From contig CM069149.1 of the NCBI GenBank assembly GCA_035221665.1, positions 29,574,001-29,638,000 of the forward strand: a stretch of 64,000 nt of DNA, written 5' to 3'. The DNA comes from Okamejei kenojei. Lineage: Eukaryota. Shown piece by piece: positions 12,893 to 24,479 of the stretch; positions within the stretch are counted from its first letter, which is position 1; each line of letters begins with the position of its first letter. A program made the position numbers and the translations under genes. A model generated the notes under the pieces. That model did not search any database, had not been told where the DNA came from, and saw nothing but the letters and a program-made list of their open reading frames with translations.

Positions 12893-13495
12893 GCCCCTGT
12901 CCCACATAGGCGATTGTTTCAGTGACTACAGGCGACTAGGCTGTCGCCACATGGTTGCAGGGCGACGCCTGTATGGTCGTGAGTAGTCCCCTCAAGTCGC
13001 CAGAAGAGTCAAAACGATTTTCTGGTCGCTGCTGGATTTTGAAATGTTCAAACCTTTTCGGTAACTGTGGGCTTGATGTAGCTTGTCTTATCCTGTCGTA
13101 GGTGCTGTCGGAAGGATGACGCAGGCTGTCGCCAGGTGACCTTGGTTGTCGTCAGGTGCTGACTTTGGTGAATTCCATTGGCGACTACCTACGTCAACCG
13201 ACGACTGAATTGTCTTCAGTTGTTGCCGACAGGGTCCTTGCTTGTCATAGCTTGTTGCGGGTGGACATAGGTTGAGTTTGGTTATCGTAGGTTGTCGCCT
13301 GTGTGGTTGTAGGTGTGGCAGTAGACGTCCTAATGGATCACCGGTTGTCAGTAGCTTGATGTCGACTAGGTGGTAGGTTGTCGGAGACATTGTCGTGGGG
13401 GGGGGGGGGGGGGGTCCAGTTGCCTTTTTTTCAGCGACCTGCTACGACTGTGACAGTCGCCGGCAGTTCCCAAAAAAAATCGCCGAAGTGGGACA
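12893..13495. mobile_element. Harbinger/PIF-like MITE
   Basis: Inverted termini gcccctgtcccacataggcgatt / aatcgccgaagtgggaca; preceded by TAA; interior full of gtcg/cgac short repeats. Confidence 0.65.
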
Positions 13496-13804
13496 CTTTC
13501 ATCACCCTAAAAAGCCACAAAAAGTCCTCAACTTGCTTCACAATTAACAATATTGCATCCCTCTTGGGCTCACACCAGTTTCTATCTCTAGCCTCCACCA
13601 ATCTGCCTATCTGTAGCCGCTGTGATTTGTCTGGTCCCTTTTCACTTTCAGTTTTCTTTCCCGCTCCTCCCTGCAATCAGTCTGAAGAAGATTCCAGATA
13701 TTAATCATTCCCCATGTTAAATAAACGTATTCCCTTTAAAATTTCTTCCTCTCACCTTAACCTAATGCCCTTTTTTTGATACTTCTACCATGGGGGAAAA
13801 AGAC

Positions 13805-14775
13805 ATCAGAAGATCCTTCAGGAGGGTGAACCCTAGGAAAGTATCTGGACCTGATGTGTATACCTGGTTGTGATCTTAAAACCTGTGCAATTCAACTGGC
13901 TGGTGTTTTTGCACACATCTTCAACCACTCAATACTGAGGTCTGAGGTTCCCACCTGCTTTAAAAGGGCATCAATAATACCAGTGCCCTGGAAGAGTTCG
14001 GTGACGTGCCTCAGTGACTACCAACACTAACGTGATGAAGTGCTTTGAGAGGTTAGTTATGGTTCATATTAACTCCTACTTCAACAAGAAATAGGGCCCA
14101 ATACAATATGCCAATCGCCACAACAGGTCAGGGGAGGATGCAACCTCATTGGCTCTCCACTCTGCACTGCATCATTTGGACAATAAAAACCTATATGTTA
14201 GGCTGTTGTTCATAGACTACAGCTCAGCATTCCACACCATCATCCCCTCCAAACTGGTTACCAAGCTCACAGAATTTGGTTTCTGCACATCCCTATGCAA
14301 CTAGATCCTCGACTTCCTCAACAGACCTCAATCTCTACTAATTGGCAGCGATACTTCCTCCTCGATAATCATCAGCACAGGAGCACCTCAAAGCTGCATG
14401 CTCTACTCACTCGATACTCATGTGTAGCCAGAAACATTTCCATCTCCATCTTCAAAATCGCCGACGACGCCACCGCTGTTGATCGAATTAACAGGTGATG
14501 AGAAGTCAGCATATAAGAGGAAGATCGGTCGACTGGCCATATGATGCCTGAGCAACAACCTTACTCTCAACACGAGTAAAACCAAGGAACTGATTGTTGA
14601 CTTTGGAAGAGAATGGTCGAGGATCCACAATTGTGGAGAGATTCAGAAACTTCAAATTCCTGGGTGTGCATATCTCTGAAGATCTTTTCTGAAGCCAACA
14701 ATTATGATGCAATCATAAAGAAATGTGATCAATGCTTCTACTTCCTTAGAAGATTGTGGAGAATTGGTATGGCAT
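13805..14775 (+). mobile_element. Rex1/Babar-like LINE RT remnant
   Basis: RVNPRKVSGPD..LKTCAIQLAGVFAHIFN, MKCFERLV, RLLFIDYSSAFHTIIP, KIADDATAV, FKFLGVHISEDL. Confidence 0.9.
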
Positions 14776-14778
14776 AAA

Positions 14779-14813
14779 ACACGCACACATACGCGCGCAC
14801 ACACACACACGCA

Positions 14814-14838
<25 letters not shown>
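14779..14838. repeat. (CA)n microsatellite
   Basis: Direct inspection. Confidence 0.95.
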
Positions 14839-14860
<22 letters not shown>

Positions 14861-16888
14861 CATATGACAGTAATATATTGCTGATGCATGACTACGAAAC
14901 AGAAGCAAGAGACTGCAGATTCTGGATTGTGCAACAAAAGCAAACTGCTGAAAGAACTCAGCAGGTCATGCAGTATTTTTGAAGGCAGAGAGGATAGTTG
15001 ACATTTCAGGTTGAGGCACTGCATTAGGACTGAGATATTGGCTTTTTTTTAATTCCATTTAGCCATATATATTATTGTTGCATTATAATTAGTGCCCGCT
15101 TCAATACAGATATATAATGATTACAAGTTGTGATTGTGCTGGCTGATATCACCTATTGCACCTGACTGCATACTCAATTGCTGGACCTTATATTGAAACC
15201 AGTCATGGAGAAATAACTCTCTGAAGAGAGGGTTTGGGCCCCGAACTTGATACTAGTGAGAACAAGTGATGGAATTATAATCCTATCCATTTAAAGGGGA
15301 ACTGCCAGTAGGAAAAATATTAAGTTCTTGAATTATTTTGTTTGATTATTTTTAGTTGTTTGGTTAAAGTTTTAAATAAATTGTACTTTTTTAATTTAAA
15401 TCCCTTTTAATGAATTTTTGTTGGTGTAGTTTTGACAGAGTTTATAAAGATTGTCGCGATATTCTGAGATATTCTTAGGATCTGCTGCCTGAGCCTTTCT
15501 GTTAAGTCAGCTCAATCTACTGCGTTTTGAAAATTGCATCAGGGAGGGACCAAAGCTTGGGAATTCTGTGCATAATGTTAGTTCCTCAAGGCATGCTCAG
15601 GTGGAAATTCCGGTTAATTTTCAGTTTGCATTGTTTCACCGTGAGTTAAGGTGCATTCACTGGAGACTGACAACAGATTTGTTGTATTATAATTAGTGCC
15701 CGCTTCAATACAGACGTCTTGAATTAGAACATATCCATGTTGTGTAAGGTAGTGCCACCAAATAAATTAGGGATATCTGTAACAGAGATGCCAACTGGTA
15801 CGGATTTCCCGTAATTTCTACGGAAAATTGGCCAATTACGGGCGGTACGATTTTCATATCGTAAATCCCGGATTTTGCCGATTTTAAGTTAGCACATACT
15901 TGTTGTGTGTGTTTGGGAGTGTGTGAGTGAGTGTGTGTGTGTGTGTGAGTGTGTGAGTGCCAGTGATGGAAATGGGGGGGTACGCAGAGGGACGACGTTC
16001 ACACTACGTTCCAGTTTCCAGTTTCCATCCTGTGCATGAATTCCCAGCTTTATCCTGCGCTACTTAATCCAAGGACGAGCGAACAATCGGACAGACGGGC
16101 GAAAGGAACGATCATAGATGACATTTCGGATTGAGACCCTTCTTCAGACCGTCAGGGGAAAGAGGAACAATAGATATAGATGGCACTAAAGACAAACGAA
16201 TGGAATATATGCCTCCCGTTTCCCTTTCCCTTGATTGTCAGTCTGAAGAAGGGTCTCTGCCCAAAAATGTCACCTATTGCGCTCTACGATGGTTGCTTTC
16301 GTCCGTCTGTCCATGCATTTCACTCACTCTTGGTGCCGGCGCTTCTCCGCTCAGACTCCGATACACACACACACGCAGATCGGCGCGGGCCGGGACCAGG
16401 AGCAGGGTGCAGGATGACATCAAATGGGTATGGCAGCTATCGAAAAAGTACGGAAAATTATTAAGGGGGGTGGGGGGGCTGGGGTGGCTCAGTGGGACGG
16501 GCGCCGGCTCTGGGGAGTGGATGACTTTTCTGGTCGAGATCCTTCTGCAGATAATCACAAGTACTCTCACCGACAAGAGTTCAGTTCAGTCTGAAAAAGT
16601 CTTCTCTCCAGTCGCTGCCTGTCCCGTTGAGTTACTCCAGCTGTATGTCTAACTTAAATTTCAAGAGTTAAATAAAAAAACACAGAGTGCTGGAGGAACT
16701 CAGCGGGCTTCGCGGCATCTGTGGAGAGAATGGATTACGAGTTGTTTCGGGCCAGGGTTCTTATTCAATAGGAAGGAACTGCAGATCAAAGATACTAGAG
16801 CGGATATTAGTATCTTTGCTGCAGATCAGGCATGATATTCTTCCGATTTAAATCGTAATTTCGATTTTATTGTTTTCCTATTTTTTTT

Positions 16889-17103
16889 TTTCGCGCCCGA
16901 TAATTTGGTGGCCAATCAACGACTGTCTCTAAGGGGGTTGCGTCCAATCACCGACCAGCTACCCTTAAAATTCCCGTCCAATCAATAAATCGGTCTCCTC
17001 CCGCCCAATCAGCCGCCGTCTCCAAGGGCATTGTGTCCAATCACATAATGCGCTGGTCACCAGGCAGCCAATCAGACAGTCTCCTAGGGGCCTTTTGATC
17101 AAT
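16889..17103. promoter_or_regulatory. E2F site plus phased array of CCAAT boxes (promoter-like)
   Basis: TTTCGCGC at 16889-16896; CCAATCA at 16912, 16944, 16978, 17005, 17037 and 17068; TCAATCA at 17099. Confidence 0.5.
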
Positions 17104-17233
17104 CACCGACCTGCTTCCCTCACTAAAGCAGACGATGGCTGCAGCCAACACACACACACAGACAGAGACAGAGTCCCCCCCCCCCCCCCTTCCCAACCTC
17201 AGCTTCACGGACCCAGAGTACCCTTAGTTCCTA

Positions 17234-17379
17234 NNNNNNNNNNNNNNNNNNNNNNNNNNNNNNNNNNNNNNNNNNNNNNNNNNNNNNNNNNNNNNNNNNN
17301 NNNNNNNNNNNNNNNNNNNNNNNNNNNNNNNNNNNNNNNNNNNNNNNNNNNNNNNNNNNNNNNNNNNNNNNNNNNNNNN
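17234..17379. other. Assembly gap (146 N)
   Basis: Run of N. Confidence 1.
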
Positions 17380-17511
17380 ATTGATAATGAACTCGTTCAT
17401 CCAGTCTTTCAATAGAGCATTTTCAATGGTGAGTTAATACATGTTTATGTAATACCAACTAATGAACATACAGGTATGTTAATGTTAACATTATGCGCTA
17501 TCGCTTGCCTG

Positions 17512-18270
17512 TTTTTTTTGTTTTTTTTTGTTTTTTTTTAACAAATGCTTTTATTTAAATCAACAAGTACAAAACATTAAAACAATCAGAAAATGCCTAT
17601 ATTTGGCATTTTACAAACAAAGTTTCAAATTAAAATATTATCATTTTTATCTATAATGCCTTCGACCTCCCTCGGTGACCAGCGTTCGCGGAAAGCCTCC
17701 ACAGTCCCCGTGGACACCGCGTGTTCCCTCTCTAGGGACACGCGGGCACGGACGTAACCCCGGAAGAGGGGCAGGCAGCCGACTGCTGTGCGGCCGTCGA
17801 CTGCCCGCTGCCTGGACCCGCGAATGGCCATCTTGGCCAGGCCCAGGAGCAAACCGACAGGGAGACCCCCTCCTCCCTCCCGACCCTCCCCCCTCTGTAC
17901 CGGGTGCCCAAAAATAAATAGTGTTGGACTAAAATGGAGCCAAAACTTGAGGAGCAGCCCCTTCAGATACTCGAACAGGGGCTGCAACCTCTCGCACTCC
18001 AAGTATACATGGAGCACGGTCTCCTCCTCGCCGCAAAAGTGACAGGCGGCGGACGAGTCCGTGAACCGGCTCAAGTACCTGTTGCATGCCACGGCTTTGT
18101 GCAACACTCTCCACCCCAGGTCCCCGATGTAAAGGGGGAGGACTCCCTTATAGAGAGACCTCCACTGAGGACCTTTCCCCTCGTCAGGTGGTAACACAGA
18201 CCGCCAGGGCGTGTCTGGACGGCTTGCCTGTGGGAGCCGCGCTTGGCATCATGCAGAAAAAAAATTGCTT
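17512..18270 (-). mobile_element. 5'-truncated L1/Tx1-clade LINE 3' end with intact zf-RVT-like ORF end
   Basis: ORF 17625-18197(-) DLGWRVLHKAV..CHFCGEEETVLHVYLEC; AATAAA on minus (~17550) and poly(A) tail (poly-T 17512-17539 on plus). Confidence 0.85.
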
Positions 18271-18396
18271 CGCGCAAAAAATTACTGATTTTGTCTCCAA
18301 ATTACTGATTTTTAGCCTTATGATTACTGATTTGTGCTCTGGAAGGTTGGCATCTCTGCTGTAACCTATTAATGTATTAATACCTGTTCTCAACAG

Positions 18397-18537
18397 CAAG
18401 CAAAAATTGAGGAGGAAGAACTTAGACGTAAACAGACTGCTGGTGACGCAAGTGAATGTTCAACATCTGAACTGTCGAAGCGCCCACGGATAAAGAAAAG
18501 TGCATACTTCAGTGACGAAGAGGAGCTGAGTGACTAG
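18397..18537 (+). CDS. ZCRB1: ZCRB1 last coding exon ([46 protein letters not shown])
   Basis: ttctcaacag acceptor; C-terminus matches human [18 protein letters not shown]; TAG at 18535-18537. Confidence 0.96.
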   Translation, partial: QAKIEEEELRRKQTAGDASECSTSELSKRPRIKKSAYFSDEEELSD

Positions 18538-18990
18538 ATTGTATTTCATTACAAAGAGAGTTACATATTTATTTAAAGAGAGAAATGGTGAATCCAGATT
18601 CATTAGACTAGAACTTATGGCTTCTTGGATCCCCAAAACCATTACAAATATACGGACTAAATATTTTGATACTTGGAATATGTGAATTTGTTTTATCTTG
18701 TTAATGATTTATTTAGTCATGGTGAAAGGATTATTGTCAAGCATGCCAACTGCTTCCACATCCGAATACTTCACAGCAAGTACAGATGAATGGACATGTT
18801 TTTGCCTGTCGTAGCCAAATTTTAATATTGGCTCTGCTTTTATGGGTTGCATTTTGTTGTGAAGATCATAATCATGAAATCTTTTGTTGCTGCCCAAGGC
18901 AAAATTGTTGTTTATTCCTGCACTTCATAAAATACTGCATATAAAAATAACACAGAGAGTTGTTTCAGACCAACATTATTCCCACTTGAG

Positions 18991-18996
18991 AATAAA
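18991..18996 (+). terminator. Candidate ZCRB1 polyadenylation signal (a second AATAAA lies at 19386-19391)
   Basis: AATAAA ~450 nt after the stop codon in an AT-rich UTR-like sequence. Confidence 0.4.
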
Positions 18997-19628
18997 CGCG
19001 GGAATTAATTGTCATTTGAAATGGCAGTGTCTCCAGAATTTCTAAAGAATATGCAGAAAGATACTGTTATCTTATAACGGTGTATTAGCCAAAGATTTTA
19101 TTTGCAGCAAAAGTGATATAAAGATGGGTAAAAACAACTTCAAAGCTCCATCCAATGTGAATAATTAATTTGCATTCCAGTGCGCAATTATCAAAAACTT
19201 TAATTTCTGAGGTCATTGTAATTTCTCTTCAACAGATCACATGGTGAATTCAGGTTTTTGAAAATTTCCCATTGTTTTATTGATATTCAATTTCTTGAAC
19301 ATGTAAGAAGTTATTCACATTGTTATATTTGTTGGCAACTTTTATTTCCATTTGTTATATGTTTGGTGCAACTATAATCTATTGAAATAAACCAAAAGAC
19401 CTTGGATTTTAATTAGTTGAAGAACGGCTATTCTGTTCTGTTTTAGAGCTTGTGCAACCTCCAATCTGGGAACTGTTCACATCTGTCATTAAATTCTGCC
19501 ATTGGTTATGTCTTAAAGCAATTCAGCCATATGGACTTAAAGCAGTGTGGCTGGACCGTTTATACCCCTTAAACCCTGGTTGGCTGCCCAAATCTCCTAG
19601 CTATTACTTGCATATTTATTCTTAATTA

Positions 19629-20205
19629 CAGTAAACCCTTGTTATAACGGACCATGGGGGGGAGGGGAAATGGTGTCCGTTATTGCCGATTGTCTATTAT
19701 AACCGAGTATGGTGTAGAAACAAACAACTGCAATTGGTGGTTAATACACAAAAGGACACAGTGCTGGAGTAACTCTGCAGGCTAGACAACATCTCTGGAG
19801 AACATGAATAGGTGTCGTTTCAGGTCGACATCCTTCTTCAGACTATCGTTCTGGAACTGGGCTCGGAATACAGGTGAGTTGACGGCCCCGGCCTGCCGAT
19901 GGAGCCAGTGGTCGCAGGCGGCAGGAGTGCAGGTAAGGGTGGGTGAAGGCAGCAAGCACGGCAAAAGGTCAGGCCTGGAAGCTGCGCGAGCTGGGGGGTG
20001 GTGCGGGGACAGCCGGCACTACAAGAGGCCGGGAGGCGGCACAAGCTGAAGGCGGTGCGGAGGTAACAAGCGCTGCAAGCGGTTGGGGAGGCGGCGTGAG
20101 TCAAGGGTGGCATAGGCGCAGTAAGCGGTATGGGTGCCATAGGTAGGTCAGTCCACTATAACCGAAATCCGTTATAAAGAGGTCCGTAAAAACGAGGGTT
20201 TACTG
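19629..20205. mobile_element. pogo/Tigger-like MITE with a nested Penelope fragment (~19715-19845, minus)
   Basis: TA-cagtaaaccctt..gttataacggacc ... ggtccgtaaaaacgagggtttactg-TA. Confidence 0.85.
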
Positions 20206-21148
20206 TACCTGTTTTTCCTACTGTAATTTTGGGGGATTTTTCAAAAAATATGGTTATTGTTACCTTATCTATAGCAACCATTTGGATCTGAAACTATCTA
20301 ATTACTGATAATAGTAATTTTAACTTGACGAAATCCCAGCAATGCTCTCTTGTGCGTTTAAGTGGCCAAGATGGACAAAGGGTTTAGTCTTAAAGGGACA
20401 GATTGGTTGAAACATAATCTCAGAGCACAATAATCCAAGTGTGTCATTTGATGTAATTATTCTTTCATTGTTAAACAGTGCATCATCCATGTTCCCATGA
20501 GGTGTGATGAAGAAAATTAACTAGTATATGTGAATAAGGAATAAGTAACATTGGTAAATTACTTTCCATCATTTTGACTGTAGGTAAGCTTAACTGCTGT
20601 AAGTACTGCATTCCATTATGCAACTGTGATTAATAGTGTCTACCATTTTGTAAGTTATTTAGTATATATTTAGCAAGAACCAAAAGATGCAGAATGTATT
20701 ATCTTATGGTCTTCAAAGTAAATATGCCTTAATCCTTCATAGCACATTTTAAACCATTATCCTCAGAGCTTGGACTCCTCAGCCTCTTTATATCAACTAC
20801 TCCAAATATCACTGTCTTTTTTAAGCTTCTGTTGTAATTTTTACGTCATTCTGACCAATCCATTTTACTTTTACTATTTTTGGAACACCAGATGTAATGA
20901 GTGGAAAGATTAAACAATATAGCTCAGACTAGGTGTTTAAGAAAGACGAGGTCTACTTTGATCATTCAAATTATCATGTGTGAGTGTGCCAAATAAATTA
21001 GCTAAACTAGCAAACTTCCAGATATTTCTGTTTGATTCCTGAATTAAAAATGAAAAGAAACATAATTGTTAAATATGTAATTGCATTTATCATATTTACA
21101 CGATAAATGCATGTGTACTTGTAATTATATTTTGTACATTTATAGGGA

Positions 21149-22366
21149 ACTAGATCAAAGGGGACCCTTTGCGTGGTGCTGACTTCGGCGTCACACACAC
21201 ACTAACCACCACCCCCCCCCCCACACACACACACTAACCCCCCCCCCCTTGATATTATATGAATATTATTAATTCGCTCCTTTTATCCCACCCCCCCCCC
21301 GCCCCTATCAACTAACACATAACCCCCAACTGCGCAGGCGCGGCTAGAGAGGGGGGGTGGAGAGGGAGGGTGGTAAGAGATTGAGGGGTGGGGGGGCAGC
21401 GTCACAGGGTTTGTTACTGTTGTACATTTTGTGCACATTTGACGTCATAGAGGGGGAGGCAGAGAGGGAGAGGGAGGGGCAGAGAGGGAGGGAGGGCAGA
21501 GAGGGAGGACTCCCTCCTCACTCTCCCCCCTCTGCTGCCCCCTCTCTTCTCCCCCTCCTCCCCCTCTCCTCTTTCCCCTCTCCTCCCCATCTCCTCTCCA
21601 CTCCACCCCCCACCCCCCCCCCGCTCTCCCCTCTCTCTCTTTCTCTGCCCCGGAGAGGGGGAGGGGTAGAGGCAGCACCTACCCAGGTCGTAGTGCAGAA
21701 TCCTCCCCACCAGGCTGCGGCCGGTGTGGACCAGAGCGAGGCCCGGAGCGATCTGAGTACGGTCAAAAGCAGTGGAGGGCCGGCCGAACGTGGCTTCCAC
21801 GAGGGGAAGCACACCCACCAGCGTGACAGACGATCGGGCGGGGGAGACGTAGAGGAGGTCGTCCCCTGTGACGGCAGCCACGGCAACCTTTCCACTGCGC
21901 CTCCCCATGCTGCGATAACGACCGCCGCCGCCATGTTGTAGAGCTTGAAGGCGTCCAGCGGAGCGAGCAGCACGACTTGAGCATGTGTTCAACGGTTTTA
22001 ATCCAGAGCCCTTGGGAGGGCGGCTAAGCCACGTAACTCGCAGCTCGTGGCTTCGCGTTGAAAATTCCGCGCAGCATGCCGCGAGGAGCAGAGGCATTGT
22101 GACGTCATCCAGCTCGCTTCAGCTCGTTAACTTCAAAAAATATCTCAGATTGGTGAATAATTTTAGTAAAATCTCGGGAAATAATGAATCAAATTTACAG
22201 ATGAGGTGATTTTTGCAATCATGAGGTAAATCTCTACCGGAATATGTAAAAATTTCACTGTTGCTGCGTCGGGTTTTCGAGGAGATGTGAATCAAAGTAA
22301 AAGTTCAAGCAAGCAAACAAACCCACAAGTAAACATCCAAGATCAGAGTTTTATATTATAATAGAT
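21149..22366 (+). mobile_element. Helentron/DINE-1-like non-autonomous element, GC-rich
   Basis: Starts ACTAGATC, ends gagttttatattataATAGAT; no TIR or TSD seen; termini resemble 7620-7982. Confidence 0.55.
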
Positions 22367-23083
22367 AACCAAGACAAAAGTTGTGTTCAGGCATGTTTTG
22401 AACATCTTGTTTCCTTTGTTACTGTTGTACATTTTGTGCACATTTGACTGATGCCATTTATGCATCAGTCCAGAACAGCATCCACGTTGCATTAATTATG
22501 CTAGTCAGTATTGGTCCAAAGGATTGAACATTTTTGTCCAGTTCTCTCATCCCCTATATCTCTGTATAAAGTGCTTGTTTGAGTCCTCGTGTAGATTAGC
22601 TATCACTGCAGAGATAGAAGATGACTTGAGATCTAAGTTCGCAATGAACACATGCTACATCCCACGCTTCTTTGTCTCAGGCTGAACATGATTCTAAGTT
22701 CAATTAATCTCAGCCTTAATATGATCCATATCCCTTCATTACCTGCATAAACATGTGCCTATCTAAAATCTTCTACAAATTTCCATGATCTTTTAACTTT
22801 CTGACTACTCTTTAAGAGGCAAGAGTGTTTAACCGTCATATGTCCCGAAATGAAACAATGAAATTATTATTTGCAGCAGCACAAGATATGTAAACATAGA
22901 ACATTGTAAAGACCATGATAAACAATTTAAAAAGTTCAGTGTGTGTGTGTGTGTATATGTATATAGATATGTGTGTACATATATATGTGTGTGTGTGTGT
23001 GTCTCCTATACAGTTTCTCTAATGACCCTACCTGACCCACTGAGTTACTCCAGAATTTTTTGTCTATTTTTGGTATAAACAAT

Positions 23084-23372
23084 GGCGGCGTGGCACAGCG
23101 GTAGAGTTGCTGCCTCACAACGCTAGAGACCTAGGTTCGATCCTGACTACGGGTGCTGTCTGAGTGGAGTTTGTACATTCTCCCTGTGACCGTGGGTTTT
23201 CTCCGGGTGCTCCGGTTTCATCACACATTCCAAAGACATGTAGGTTTATAGGTTAATTGGCTTCTGTAAATTGTCGCTACTGTGTAGGATTGAACTAATG
23301 TATGGTGATCGCTGGTCGGCATGGACACCGTGGGCCGAAAGGCCTGTTTCTACGCTGTTTCTCTAAAGTAAA
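23084..23372 (+). mobile_element. tRNA-derived SINE (HE1/V-SINE-like), near full length
   Basis: A box tggcacagcggt, B box ggttcgatcc, central gtgggttttctccgggtgctccggttt, CR1-like tail gggccgaaaggcctgtttc. Confidence 0.9.
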
Positions 23373-23974
23373 GTCTTTGCTGCACTGAGGATTTGTTTTA
23401 TTTTGTAATAGTATTGTGGTTATTAGTTTATTGAATTTTCTTTAATAGTCATTATCTATGATTATTGTATTTACAGGCCGGTTATGCTGCTGCAAGTAAG
23501 AATTTCATTGTTCCATTGTCATTATTTATGACAATTAAATATTCTTGACCCTTGATCAGAAATGCAGAAAACCCAGTGCAATGCACTGCAGCATCTGTCA
23601 CTTAATACATCCTGCATTTATAGCACTTCAGCCATATGTCCATTTTACCTTTTGAAACTACTTGGTAAATGTTTCCTCTGGGGTTTCTACATTGTCAGGT
23701 CTGTTTTCGTGACTACTTTTGATGCCTCATTGGCATTCTTTGACGTTGTGTCACCAAACCTCAAAGGCATGTTTTAAAAATATTTACAAACACAGCTTCT
23801 CACCAGAAGGATGTTTATTTATGACCAGTAATGGAAACACTCAACAGGAATTGAGTGGTAAAAGATAATTACACCAGTCAGGTAACTGGTGGAGGCCATT
23901 AATCATTGTCAAGATGTAAAATTTGTTCATTTTTACCATTTCAGAGTAGTTCCCAGAAAGTAATTAACCCAGGG

Positions 23975-24069
23975 TAGACACAAAATGCTGGAGTAACTCA
24001 GCGGGACAGGCAGCATCTCTGGAGAGAAGGAATGTGTTGATGTTTCGGGTCGAGACCCTTCTTCAGACC
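23975..24069 (-). mobile_element. Penelope-like terminal fragment with hammerhead motif
   Basis: Minus strand reads CTGAAGA-A-GGGTC-TC-GACCC-GAAAC-ATC. Confidence 0.8.
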
Positions 24070-24479
24070 CAGTTTTTAAGACGAGTAATTAACCCAGGTT
24101 TTATTGTGCTGCTTGTTTTGATAATAGAGTTTGGTCCTTGTTTTTCTATTTGGTGTCAAATGCAAAACTAGTTGATCTGAATTGTCGAATAATATGTTAG
24201 AATCCAAGAAAATCTAGTGCTGTTTAGTGGTGGGGTAAATGTTTTGCCGTTTTGTAATGTCTGTTAATAAATCTGCATATCTGTAGAAACTATATGAATT
24301 AGTCAAATAAGATGTTTGCAGCATCCTTTGAAAGTGTTGTTGACATCCTGCATTATGGCAACGTACAATAGGCACTATGTCTCGCTGCTTTTTCATGGAT
24401 TTCACAATTAGGTCATTTTCCTAGCTTTAATCACATTTATGCATTTGTAAAATGTGTACAGTAAAAATGCACATCCTTA

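Larger units (their letters stand above)
15783..18358. mobile_element. hAT-like DNA transposon (TIR CAGAGATGCCAAC, 6-bp TSD CTGTAA) with nested insertions; spans an assembly gap
   Basis: cagagatgccaac at 15783 and gttggcatctctg ending at 18358; ctgtaa at 15777-15782 and 18359-18364; subterminal tacgg repeats (left) and attactgatt x3 (right). Confidence 0.75.

Noticed and set aside
16912-17103. CRISPR-like regularly spaced repeats
   Set aside because: The repeat is only ~7 bp, the context is a vertebrate genome, and there are no cas genes
21357-22097. Long overlapping ORFs (194-227 aa) on both strands
   Set aside because: Low-complexity GC-rich repeat interior with few stop codons; no domain and no splice context
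23084-23150. tRNA gene
   Set aside because: The A/B boxes continue into a SINE body and LINE-like tail; there is no complete cloverleaf
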